Below, in pieces: positions 15,409 through 23,250 of a stretch of DNA of 24,000 nucleotides. How positions within the stretch are numbered: position 1 is the first letter of the stretch; every line of letters starts with the position of its first letter. The notes beneath the pieces were generated by a model. It was not told the origin of the DNA, searched no databases, and was given only the letters and a program-made list of their open reading frames with translations. Origin of the DNA: Cenarchaeum symbiosum A (GTDB taxonomy: Archaea; Thermoproteota; Nitrososphaeria; Nitrososphaerales; Nitrosopumilaceae); assembly GCA_000200715.1 (NCBI GenBank), contig DP000238.1, positions 6,519 through 30,518 of the forward strand, read 5' to 3'. Both the position numbers and the translations under genes were made by a program.

Positions 15409-16788
15409 GTGACATACGACACCGTGATAACAGGGTCGCGCGTGGCCCTGCCCTCGGGGGCTATACAGCGGAACATAGTGATAGACGAAGGCAGGATAGT
15501 GCGTATTACAGGCGAGCTGCCGGCCTGCGATGAGGTAATAGACGGGGAAGGACTCGTCTCGCTGCCCGGGATAATAGACCCCCACATGCATTACGGGGTC
15601 TACTCGCCAATAGACAGGGCAGCAGAGACAGAATCCCGCGTGGCTGCAGCCGGGGGAGTGACCACGATGATGCGCATGCTCCGCCTGGGCGGCTCGTACA
15701 GGGAGTCGCTCGGCGAGCAGCTAGAAGCTAGCGCCATGCACCATCACGTGGATTATGCCATACATGCCTCGATATTCAATGAACAGCAGGTAAAAGAGAT
15801 GGAATACTGTGCGAGAGGAGGCGCGCCGTCGTTTAAACTGTATATGAATCTGGGCTCGGAAGCTGGCCATGTCTACATGGACATGCCGCCGGGTATAGAC
15901 GCACTAGTAGAAGAAAGAGTAGAGGTGGGGAACAAGCTGGTCCGGGAGGTAATGAAGAGGGCCGCCTCCCTTGGATGTCCGGTGCTTGTCCATGCAGAGG
16001 ATTATGAATCATGCTCGTGCGGAATGAGGGAGGCCAGGGAAGATGGCCAGGACGGCCTTCGTGCGTGGTCGGAGAGCAGGCCCCCGGAATCAGAGGTGCT
16101 GGCTATCTCGCAGGCATCTGCTGCCGCAAGAGAGTTTGATTGCACCGTATACTTTGTGCACATAGGCTCTGCTGCTGCTTTATCCAGGATAAGGGCCGAG
16201 AGGGCTCTTGGCACGAGAATATTCGTCGAGACATGCCCCCACTATATGACGCTCTCCAACGATAAAGACGGGTACCTTGCAAAGGTGATGCCCCCCATAC
16301 GGACCTCCTCCGATGTGGATGCGGTCTGGGCCGCGATAACTGCAGGCGAGATAGATACTATCGGGACCGACCATGTGGCCAACCGGCTTGGCCGCAAGCT
16401 GGGCGATGATGTCTGGGATTCGCTTGCAGGCTTTCCCGGTGCGGGCACGTTATTACCGCTTTTACTCAGCGAGGGGGTCAACAAGAATAGGATCACACTG
16501 GAGGGGCTTGCATCGCTGACTAGTGCTTCGGCGGCGCGGATATTCTCGATGAATAGCAAGGGCAGGCTGGAGCCTGGCGCGGATGCCGACATTACAATGG
16601 TCGACCTGGGGCTGGAAAGGAGTGTATCAAGCGGGTTGTTCGGGGGATTTTCTGATTATACCGTATATGAGGGGCGGGCCTTGAAGGGCTGGCCAGTACG
16701 AACGATAGTCAGGGGAGAGACGGTATCGGAGGGGCTGAAAGTGACGGGAAAGCCCGGATACGGCAGGCCCGCGGCCCGTCATATGTAA
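15409..16788 (+). CDS. Cyclic amidohydrolase (D-hydantoinase / dihydropyrimidinase / dihydroorotase superfamily)
   Basis: PGIIDPHMHYG, SFKLYM (carbamyl-Lys context), VHAED, VHIGS and GTDH metal-ligand motifs. The start is set at GTG 15409 (MTYDTVITG...) because the track start at 15340 abuts the tRNA and there is no upstream ATG. The start remains uncertain. Confidence 0.8.
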   Translation: MTYDTVITGSRVALPSGAIQRNIVIDEGRIVRITGELPACDEVIDGEGLVSLPGIIDPHMHYGVYSPIDRAAETESRVAAAGGVTTMMRMLRLGGSYRESLGEQLEASAMHHHVDYAIHASIFNEQQVKEMEYCARGGAPSFKLYMNLGSEAGHVYMDMPPGIDALVEERVEVGNKLVREVMKRAASLGCPVLVHAEDYESCSCGMREAREDGQDGLRAWSESRPPESEVLAISQASAAAREFDCTVYFVHIGSAAALSRIRAERALGTRIFVETCPHYMTLSNDKDGYLAKVMPPIRTSSDVDAVWAAITAGEIDTIGTDHVANRLGRKLGDDVWDSLAGFPGAGTLLPLLLSEGVNKNRITLEGLASLTSASAARIFSMNSKGRLEPGADADITMVDLGLERSVSSGLFGGFSDYTVYEGRALKGWPVRTIVRGETVSEGLKVTGKPGYGRPAARHM

Positions 16789-17112
16789 CGGACAGGGCAC
16801 CCTCATCAGATCGAGATGCCTGACGCAAGCTCTCATCGTATATCGGAAGGATCCCTACCATTCAAAATACAGGCATCATTCTAGCAGGGCCCAAATCCGG
16901 GGCTCCAAAGTACATGCTTTCATAGAGTCCTTTCTAGATATTTGCCGGTTACAGATTTTACATTCGCGGCATTATGCACAAACTCTTTCGGTAGAAAGTT
17001 GATACAGTATATAGAACAGCAAACCACGCTTATAAGCGCGCGAAGACTAGATGTCGCACTGAACCTAAAGCAGAACGGGAACCATGTCAAGCACAATCAA
17101 AGATCTGTGCCC

Positions 17113-17883
17113 ATGGATGAAAGGGCGATCGGAATGCTAACAGACAGGGGGCGCGTAAAGGATGCAAATGAGGATTCCATAAAGGCAATTGACATATATC
17201 CAGAGGCAGGCTGCGGCCCGTTCAAATTTCTCATAGTGGCCGACGGCATGGGCGGGCACGCCACAGGGGATGTGGCCAGCCGCATGGCCGTGGATTCAAT
17301 ATTCCATGCCGTTCAATCCCGCCTGTCAAAAGGGACTCCACCTGCGAGCGCCCTGAAAGAAAGCATACAGGAGGCAAATCAAAAGCTGCTAGAATATGCC
17401 GGCAGAAACCCGGAATCTGCAGGAATGGGCACAACGGCGGTATGCGCCCTGGTAAAAGACAGGGATGTGCATGTGGCAAACATCGGCGATTCACGTGCAT
17501 ACGTGATTAATAATGAAGGGATACGCCAGGTGACCCGGGACCACTCTTACGTGCAAGAGCTAGTAGACAAAGGCAGCATTACCGAGGAAGAAGCCAGAAG
17601 CCATCCTGCCAAAAACGTAATTACAAAAGCCATAGGTATAGCGGCTGTCGCCGAACCCGACATGATCACCCTTACGATGGATGATGGCGAATCGCTTTTG
17701 TTATGCTGTGATGGTGTGATTGCACACCTTGAAGACGACGAAATACGCGAGTTTATGCGCGGATCCGGCCCCCAAGAGGCATGCAAGAGAATAGTGGATA
17801 CGGCAAACAAGCGCGGGGGCACCGACAATATTTCCTTGATAGCATTCTCCCCAATGCGATCGGGCCCGCAAGACAGGGCTTGA
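17113..17883 (+). CDS. PP2C-family Ser/Thr protein phosphatase
   Basis: RVKDANEDS, VADGMGGHATGDVAS, NIGDSRAY, RDHS, LLCCDGV and GGTDNIS. The first ATG giving a normal ~256-aa PP2C is 17113; the track ORF starts at an upstream TTG. Confidence 0.88.
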   Translation: MDERAIGMLTDRGRVKDANEDSIKAIDIYPEAGCGPFKFLIVADGMGGHATGDVASRMAVDSIFHAVQSRLSKGTPPASALKESIQEANQKLLEYAGRNPESAGMGTTAVCALVKDRDVHVANIGDSRAYVINNEGIRQVTRDHSYVQELVDKGSITEEEARSHPAKNVITKAIGIAAVAEPDMITLTMDDGESLLLCCDGVIAHLEDDEIREFMRGSGPQEACKRIVDTANKRGGTDNISLIAFSPMRSGPQDRA

Positions 17884-18025
17884 ACGGAACAGACCGGCAA
17901 GGGGGAGGTGGGCCATCCGCAGGGGCATAGCCCGGCACGGCCCCCCAGGGCAAAAAGCACGCCCAAACGGCCACAGCAGGCCCGTGCCTAAAACGGCACA
18001 GGCAAGGACAGGGGCCACAAAAGAG

Positions 18026-18033
18026 TTTATAAT
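18026..18033 (+). promoter_or_regulatory. TATA-like box for the cupredoxin gene
   Basis: tttataat lies 24 nt upstream of the ATG at 18057. Confidence 0.45.
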
Positions 18034-18056
18034 TCGCCTAATCGGATAGAGCTCCA

Positions 18057-18689
18057 ATGGTATCAACAGACAAAGTTGCAGTATTCTGGACAATCGCTCT
18101 TGTTGCCGGACTGGTGGCATTCACCTTTATGGCGGCAGAGGAGCAGAGCATGCGGATGTCCCAGCCCGCCACCATGATGGAGCGGGAGAGGACCATGGGC
18201 TCAGAATCCACCGGTTCCATGATGGAAGAATCCGGCATGATGGACGATTCCATGATGGGTGATTCTATGATGGACGACATGATGGGTGATTCTATGATGG
18301 ACGACATGATGGGTGATTCCATGGCAAGCGGCGGCAACGCCGACATGCGGGACACCATGATGGACGATTCCATGACGGGAGGCTCCATGATGGTCATATC
18401 TGTCTCGATCCCCGAGGGGACGTCGAGCCCAGGCTGCGAGGTATCTGGCAACTGCTACATACCGTCGGCAATCTCCATCAATAGGGGTGACACAGTAGTG
18501 TGGACCAATGATGACAGCGGATCCCACACCGTCACCAGCGGGGACACCCGCAACGGACCGGATGGCGAGTTCGACAGCAGTTTGATCAGCGGAGGGGACG
18601 ATTATGCAGTCACCTTTGATACACCCGGCACATACGACTATTATTGCCTTGTTCACCCGTGGCAGTCCGGTGTTGTAGAGGTCTCTTAG
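18057..18689 (+). CDS. Membrane-anchored type-1 (blue) copper protein/cupredoxin with a Met/Asp-rich repeat linker
   Basis: N-terminal TM (FWTIALVAGLVAFTFMAA), ~85 aa rich in M/D/S/G, then a cupredoxin domain with GSHTVTSG and YDYYCLVHPWQSG. tttataat (18026-18033) lies 24 nt before the ATG. Confidence 0.85.
   Translation: MVSTDKVAVFWTIALVAGLVAFTFMAAEEQSMRMSQPATMMERERTMGSESTGSMMEESGMMDDSMMGDSMMDDMMGDSMMDDMMGDSMASGGNADMRDTMMDDSMTGGSMMVISVSIPEGTSSPGCEVSGNCYIPSAISINRGDTVVWTNDDSGSHTVTSGDTRNGPDGEFDSSLISGGDDYAVTFDTPGTYDYYCLVHPWQSGVVEVS
18252..18323. repeat. 27-bp in-frame tandem repeat (~2.6 copies) encoding MMGDSMMDD
   Basis: 18252-18278 and 18279-18305 are identical. 18306-18323 repeats the unit start with one mismatch. 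Confidence 0.9.
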
Positions 18690-18693
18690 ACTA

Positions 18694-18705
18694 TTTTTCT
18701 TTTTT
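18694..18705 (+). terminator. Oligo-T tract (T5-C-T6) just after the cupredoxin stop codon; candidate archaeal intrinsic terminator
   Basis: tttttctttttt begins 5 nt after the TAG at 18687-18689. It is followed by the GC palindrome agggcgcgccct (18713-18724), in the spacer before the convergent rpiA. Confidence 0.4.
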
Positions 18706-18734
18706 AGAATAGAGGGCGCGCCCTGCGCGCCCCG

Positions 18735-19412
18735 CTATATCGCGTCGAAGCCGCCGTCTGTTTTTGCCCTGTATGTAGTATCTGGCCTGCGGGTTATGAT
18801 CCCCGCCTCTGCGACCCCCGGTATATCGGTGAGCTTGTCCCGCAGTGTAGAAGGGTCGGTTATAGTGCCAAAGGAGCAGTCGAGCACAAGGTTTCTGTTC
18901 TCGGTGAACAGCGGAAAGCCCCTGTCTAAAAGGCGCAAGACGGGCTTGCCGCCTAATCGCATTACAGATTCTGCTGCAGACCGTCTGGCCGCCGGGTGCA
19001 CCTCTACGGGAACAGGTGCATCCAGATGTTCTGCAAACTTTGACTCGTCTGCAATGATGACTACTTTATCTGCCATGCCTATGAGTATCGATTCTGTTAA
19101 AAGAGCCCCGCCGCCTCCTTTGATCAGGTTTCCTTGCCTGTCCACCTGGTCTGCGCCGTCAAACACGATATCTATTTTATCAGTATCTCCCGGGTCGCGC
19201 AGCGAAATGCCGCACTCTTCTGCAACGAGCCTTATCTGTAATGAAGTGGGCACGCCCGTTATGTTCATCCTTTCCGACCGTGCGCGGGATGCAAGCTCCC
19301 TGACTAGTACAGCCGCCGCCCTGCCGCTGCCCAGGCCTATTACCTGGCCGTCTTTTACCATGTTCAGCGCGTCTGCCGAGATTGCCCGGAAGGCATCCTC
19401 GAGCGCCGTCAC
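18735..19412 (-). CDS. rpiA: Ribose-5-phosphate isomerase A
   Basis: GLGSGRAA, FDGADQVD and KGGGGALLTE motifs, 225 aa. The GTG start overlaps the TGA of the upstream gene (GTGA). Confidence 0.9.
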   Translation of the reverse strand: MTALEDAFRAISADALNMVKDGQVIGLGSGRAAAVLVRELASRARSERMNITGVPTSLQIRLVAEECGISLRDPGDTDKIDIVFDGADQVDRQGNLIKGGGGALLTESILIGMADKVVIIADESKFAEHLDAPVPVEVHPAARRSAAESVMRLGGKPVLRLLDRGFPLFTENRNLVLDCSFGTITDPSTLRDKLTDIPGVAEAGIITRRPDTTYRAKTDGGFDAI

Positions 19413-20014
19413 TCCACCTCAGCCTGGTCCAGCTTCTTGAGGGTGTTCATGATCCTCTTTCTCAGCTCGTCTATGTCGTCCTCGGATTCATCCTGGGCGG
19501 CATCAGAATTGGTCTGCCCGGATTCAGTCCCGACTGCACCCTGCGTGATATCCACTGTAGGTGCCTCGGGGCGTGTACCCGTATCAGGGCGGGCTATGGG
19601 ATCAGGGCGCCGTACATCGCGATCAGCGGGGCGCACATCCGGACTGCTCTGTACTGTGGGTTCAGGGCGCCTCCTCTCTGCGGCCATCGCATCCATCTTT
19701 GATGAGAGCTCGTGCAATTTCTCATCCAGCGCGGTAAACCTGCTCTCGACTATCTTTGCCAGCCCGTCCTTGAGGGAGCCGATATCAAACTGCATGGAGT
19801 CCTCCAGCCGCTCAATCTCCCCTGATGCCGTCCTCAGCTGGGCCCTGTACCGGGCTATCAGGCGGTCCTCCTTCTCTGGAGAGAGGCCCGTATCATGCTG
19901 GTGCAGCCGGGCTATCGACTTTGCAAGTATGTCTGCTTCCATCTTTAGCATGCGTATCCTGCCTGCCGGCTCCTGCCGGCTCCTGCCTGAGAGCATCCCG
20001 GCTAGGTATACCAT
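19409..20014 (-). CDS. Hypothetical coiled-coil protein with P/R/D-rich segment
   Basis: Heptad-like segments occur in the N-terminal half and the last ~25 aa ([18 protein letters not shown]). The start is trimmed to the ATG at 20014, because the track's longer N-terminus (to 20113) is an alternative frame of rpl37e. Confidence 0.5.
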   Translation of the reverse strand: MVYLAGMLSGRSRQEPAGRIRMLKMEADILAKSIARLHQHDTGLSPEKEDRLIARYRAQLRTASGEIERLEDSMQFDIGSLKDGLAKIVESRFTALDEKLHELSSKMDAMAAERRRPEPTVQSSPDVRPADRDVRRPDPIARPDTGTRPEAPTVDITQGAVGTESGQTNSDAAQDESEDDIDELRKRIMNTLKKLDQAEVE

Positions 20015-20169
20015 TTGACCCAAGAGTACTTTCTGATCTTTGCGTCCGGGAATCCGCAGCTCGAGCACCGGTGGTGGCGCTTGTGGTATGAGTTCTTGCC
20101 GCATCGCCTGCACCGGATATGCACGTGTTTTCTCGTAAAGCCCCCCATCGAGGTGGTTCCCTTTACCAT
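20002..20169 (-). CDS. rpl37e: 50S ribosomal protein L37e (not in the ORF track)
   Basis: Hand translation: [55 protein letters not shown]. It shows the L37e zinc-ribbon pattern CRRCG...CSSCG. It lies 8 nt downstream of the Sm gene, the conserved archaeal arrangement. Confidence 0.9.
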   Translation of the reverse strand: MVKGTTSMGGFTRKHVHIRCRRCGKNSYHKRHHRCSSCGFPDAKIRKYSWVKWYT

Positions 20170-20177
20170 TATTCCAC

Positions 20178-20414
20178 CTACGCCGTCGCCGGGGGCGGGG
20201 ATATTATGACCACGTTGTCGCCCCTTACCACTATGGTCCCCAGGGTCCTAGTCTCGCCCTCGACTGGTATCTCTTCTGACGATTCCAGCAGGAGGTTCAT
20301 GTGCTGGTCAAAGCCGAGCAGGTTCCCCCGGATCGCCTTGCCGCCCTTTAGCTTTATCAGGACCACCTTGTTGATGCTCTCATCGAGCACCTTTACTGCC
20401 ATGTCTACGGACAT
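20178..20414 (-). CDS. Sm-like (LSm/SmAP) RNA-binding protein
   Basis: Sm1 motif ([26 protein letters not shown]) and Sm2 motif ([15 protein letters not shown]). A minus-strand TATA-like ttttaatata lies 25 nt upstream. Confidence 0.9.
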   Translation of the reverse strand: MSVDMAVKVLDESINKVVLIKLKGGKAIRGNLLGFDQHMNLLLESSEEIPVEGETRTLGTIVVRGDNVVIISPPPATA

Positions 20415-20438
20415 CTGATCTTCCGGCAGGGGCCCGAG

Positions 20439-20448
20439 TATATTAAAA
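20439..20448 (-). promoter_or_regulatory. TATA-like box for the Sm-L37e operon
   Basis: Minus-strand ttttaatata lies 25 nt upstream of the Sm ATG (20414). Confidence 0.45.
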
Positions 20449-20475
20449 TTTCATTGGGGCAGATCTGCCCCGTTA

Positions 20476-21213
20476 TTACGCCCTAGAGGGGTTTCGGCCG
20501 GCCCGGAGCCAGGCCCGGCACTCTATCGATATGGCCCGTGTAGCACGGGAGAGCATCTCCTCGCCTTTCTTGGCCGTAGCCTTGCGTGGATCGCCCCAGA
20601 TCCCGTTCCCCGTAACCTCGATAAACGACCGTGAAGCCCTTTTGGACAGCCTCTCCCTGCCTGTATCGTCGAGTTCCGGCGGGACAAAGCCCTTTTTTGC
20701 CCGGGACATCCGTACCTTGTCCGATATGGCCAGCATGATAGATGTCTCTATATCCCCGGCATGGTCGAGGCCCTCTTCTAAATAGTGCCAGTAGGAGATC
20801 ACCCTTGTCCTCGGCGCCCTTTTGGATTCCAGTCCCTCAAGATGCCTTGCATTCCCGTGGTGGCCGTTTATCACAAATACAGCCGGGGCGCCGGCAGAGG
20901 CCATCGAGGATATAATATCCCTGACTACGTGCCGCAGTGTTGCACCTCTAAGACTCAGGTTGAGATAGGGCGAGTGCTCAAAAGATACGCCGTACTGGAT
21001 AGTAGGCATGCACAGGTATCCGCATTTTTTGCTGACCCGATAGGCCACCTCCGATACGATATCAGAATCAGTAGACACTGGCAGGTGCGCCCCGTGCTGC
21101 TCAGTGGACCCTACAGGGAGCACTGCGGGCCTGCCGGATAACATGCGCCGCAGGTCTGGATCCGGCAGGTCTGACGCATTATTCACTGTTCTTTTACGTG
21201 GACGCGCCGCCAC
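20476..21213 (-). CDS. Creatininase-family amidohydrolase (possibly ArfB-type formamide hydrolase)
   Basis: LPVGSTEQHGAHLPVSTD and INGHHGN motifs. The GTG start at 21213 overlaps the purU 3' end by 31 nt. An ATG at 21144 would leave only 9 aa before LPVGS, so I prefer the longer form. Confidence 0.75.
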   Translation of the reverse strand: MAARPRKRTVNNASDLPDPDLRRMLSGRPAVLPVGSTEQHGAHLPVSTDSDIVSEVAYRVSKKCGYLCMPTIQYGVSFEHSPYLNLSLRGATLRHVVRDIISSMASAGAPAVFVINGHHGNARHLEGLESKRAPRTRVISYWHYLEEGLDHAGDIETSIMLAISDKVRMSRAKKGFVPPELDDTGRERLSKRASRSFIEVTGNGIWGDPRKATAKKGEEMLSRATRAISIECRAWLRAGRNPSRA

Positions 21214-22025
21214 CTCACCTCCAGCTTTCCCTCCAGGTGCATGCGGACCGCCTTGAGCAGCGTCCTGGCTTCTAACTCCTGGCCTTTCTTTTTGATCTCC
21301 TCTATGCCGTCTGCCGGGCCCACCTTGAATGAATCCTGGAATATTATGGGCCCCTGGTCCAGATTCTCTGTAACATAGTGGGCTGTAACCCCCACTATCT
21401 TTGTGCCCCGCTCGAATGCCTGCGCGTACGCGGATGCCCCGGTAAACGCGGGGAGCAGCGACGGGTGTATGTTCATTATCCTGTCGGGATACCTCCAGAC
21501 AAAGTTCGGGTTTAGTATCCTCATGTATCTGGCCAGCACGATAAGGTCTATGTCGTATTTTTTACATGTGGATATCAGCCTCTGCTCCGCCTCTTCCTGG
21601 TTTTTCTCCGCCACTTCTACAAAGGGCACACCTGCATCTTCTGCCATCTTAGATAGCGTCCCCTCTGTTCCCACTACGACTGCTATCCTGCCTCTGAGCT
21701 CGTCGCGCGCGTCTAGTATGGCCTTTAAACAGTGGGACTCGCGGGTTACAAATACGGCCACGTTCCTGTTGGGGCCAGCCTCGTGCCGGGTGCTCACCTC
21801 CATCTTGTATTCCCGGGCAATCTCCTGTATCTCTGTCCCAAAGGCGTCCATGTTTATGGTGCCGGGAAATGACGCCTCAAGGTACATCCCGAATAATCCG
21901 TTTTTTACATCCTGGTTTATCTTTTCTATATTCCCGCCGTGCCCGAACACAAAGCCCGTAAACGCGGTAACTACTCCTGCGCGGTCCTCTCCGACTACAG
22001 TTATGCCCACGTTGGTCCCGGTCAT
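21183..22025 (-). CDS. purU: Formyltetrahydrofolate deformylase (ACT domain plus formyltransferase domain)
   Basis: The ACT-like N-terminus is ITVVGEDRAGVVTAFTGFVFGHGGNI. Formyltransferase motifs are LARYMRIL, NIHPSLLPAFTGA, GVTAHYVTENLDQGPII. The start is trimmed to the ATG at 22025; the track extension translates through tRNA-Leu. Confidence 0.88.
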   Translation of the reverse strand: MTGTNVGITVVGEDRAGVVTAFTGFVFGHGGNIEKINQDVKNGLFGMYLEASFPGTINMDAFGTEIQEIAREYKMEVSTRHEAGPNRNVAVFVTRESHCLKAILDARDELRGRIAVVVGTEGTLSKMAEDAGVPFVEVAEKNQEEAEQRLISTCKKYDIDLIVLARYMRILNPNFVWRYPDRIMNIHPSLLPAFTGASAYAQAFERGTKIVGVTAHYVTENLDQGPIIFQDSFKVGPADGIEEIKKKGQELEARTLLKAVRMHLEGKLEVRWRRVHVKEQ

Positions 22026-22067
22026 GGAACAGACTCCTGCGCACCTTGCTTTAAGCGTAAGCCGGGT

Positions 22068-22155
22068 TGGTGCGGGAGGCGGGATTCGAACCCGCGGACT
22101 CCTAGAAGACAGGGTCCTAAGCCCTGCGCCTTTGACCAGGCTCGGCAACCCCCGC
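22068..22155 (-). tRNA. tRNA-Leu (anticodon UAG), class II with long variable arm, CCA encoded
   Basis: Hand fold: acceptor GCGGGGG/CUCCCGC, anticodon arm CAGGG-CUUAGGA-CCCUG, 14-nt variable region, T arm GCGGG-UUCGAAU-CCCGC. 88 nt. Confidence 0.85.
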
Positions 22156-22197
22156 GGGTCAGCGCCGCAGGGCGCAAAGTTAACTGTTGTGAAGACA

Positions 22198-22941
22198 CTA
22201 TTCTATCCTGTCAGAACAGTCGTCAAAGTAGCCGCAGGCCCTGCACTTGTTTGCCGAGTTGTGGTGGTCCGGGAGCCTCTTGCCGAGTACTATCTCTACG
22301 AACGTCTCGAGGCTTCCATTCAGGTATTCCAGGTCGGCATCCGTCTGGTACCCTTCAAAGCTCTTGTACAATCTTAGGCCGTCCTCGCGGTCCAGCACGT
22401 TTACCCTCCACATCTTTCTCTCGTGTGGGACTTCAAACCAGTCGTCGGGGTTCATGCTGCCTTTTTCCGTAAACATTGAATTGAGGTAGGTCAGCACCTG
22501 GAGCTTCTGGCCGCGGTACGGTTCGACTAGACTGTCATATTTTTGGGCATTCCGCGCGGTCTTTTCATCCTGTACTATGAGCGTGCTATTCTCCCTCATT
22601 ATCTTGTCGGCCCTGCCCATGAGCAGGACGGCCGCTTCGGTCCCGCCCACTGAGACAGGCCGCAAGAGCCGCGTCATTATCTTTTCTCTTGCAAACTCTA
22701 TGTTGTGCTCTTCGTTGGAGAGCTGCTGTTCTGAGACGGGCTCTAGCACCACGTGCTTTTGCTCGTATTTTTCAATTCCCTTGTGGATGGCAGCACCCTG
22801 CATGGCTGCAGCACTGGGCTTTTTCCTCTTGCCCTTTACCATAAAGTCTATCATATACTGGCAGTACTCCAGCCCGCCCGTAAACTCTGTCACGCTGGCA
22901 GTTATCTCCTTTCTGCCGGCCCTCTCCCTTACGGTTATCAT
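22198..22941 (-). CDS. Cas4/RecB-like PD-(D/E)xK nuclease with 4-Cys cluster signature
   Basis: N-terminal Cys (LEYCQYM), RADKIM...LIVQDEKT (D...(D/E)xK), and C-terminal CRACGYFDDC (Cx2Cx5C), as in Cas4/AddB-type Fe-S nucleases. There is no CRISPR array or other cas gene in the window. Confidence 0.7.
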   Translation of the reverse strand: MITVRERAGRKEITASVTEFTGGLEYCQYMIDFMVKGKRKKPSAAAMQGAAIHKGIEKYEQKHVVLEPVSEQQLSNEEHNIEFAREKIMTRLLRPVSVGGTEAAVLLMGRADKIMRENSTLIVQDEKTARNAQKYDSLVEPYRGQKLQVLTYLNSMFTEKGSMNPDDWFEVPHERKMWRVNVLDREDGLRLYKSFEGYQTDADLEYLNGSLETFVEIVLGKRLPDHHNSANKCRACGYFDDCSDRIE

Positions 22942-22971
22942 GGTATAATCCGGTCCAAGGGATAATCCAAG

Positions 22972-23226
22972 TCAGTCGGAGGCTTCCTGGGAGCGGGCCT
23001 CTTCAAGGTATGCCCTCCGCTCCTCGTTTACCTTCTCCTGGTCCACTTCGGTATATTCATCCACTATCACGATGCCGGAATCCGCCAGACTGACCACTTT
23101 TTTCTCCTTGGGCTCTTCTGCCTTTTTTGGGGCTGTCCCGCCCTTGGGCTTGGCTGCCTTTGCGGGCTTTTTTGACGGCTTCTTTTTTGCCTTTGTCTTG
23201 CTTCCTGAGGCCTTTTTTTCCGACAT
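22972..23226 (-). CDS. Small bipartite protein: Lys/Ala/Pro-rich basic N-half and acidic C-half (hypothetical)
   Basis: 84-aa ORF. Residues 1-45 resemble KKASGSKTKAKKKPSKKPAKAAKPKGG; the C-half is E/D-rich. A minus-strand TATA-like tttaattatat lies 25 nt upstream of the ATG. Confidence 0.55.
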   Translation of the reverse strand: MSEKKASGSKTKAKKKPSKKPAKAAKPKGGTAPKKAEEPKEKKVVSLADSGIVIVDEYTEVDQEKVNEERRAYLEEARSQEASD

Positions 23227-23250
23227 AAATCCGGAAATCAGCCGGCCTAC

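Noticed and set aside
20015-20113. N-terminal 33 aa of the 234-aa ORF 19409-20113.
   Set aside because: The region encodes L37e in another frame with an unmistakable signature, so the coiled-coil ORF most likely starts at 20014 or later.
22026-22148. N-terminal extension of the purU ORF (MPSLVKGAGLRTLSSRSPRVRIPPPAP...).
   Set aside because: This stretch is the translation of the tRNA-Leu gene on the same strand. The ACT domain begins right after the ATG at 22025.
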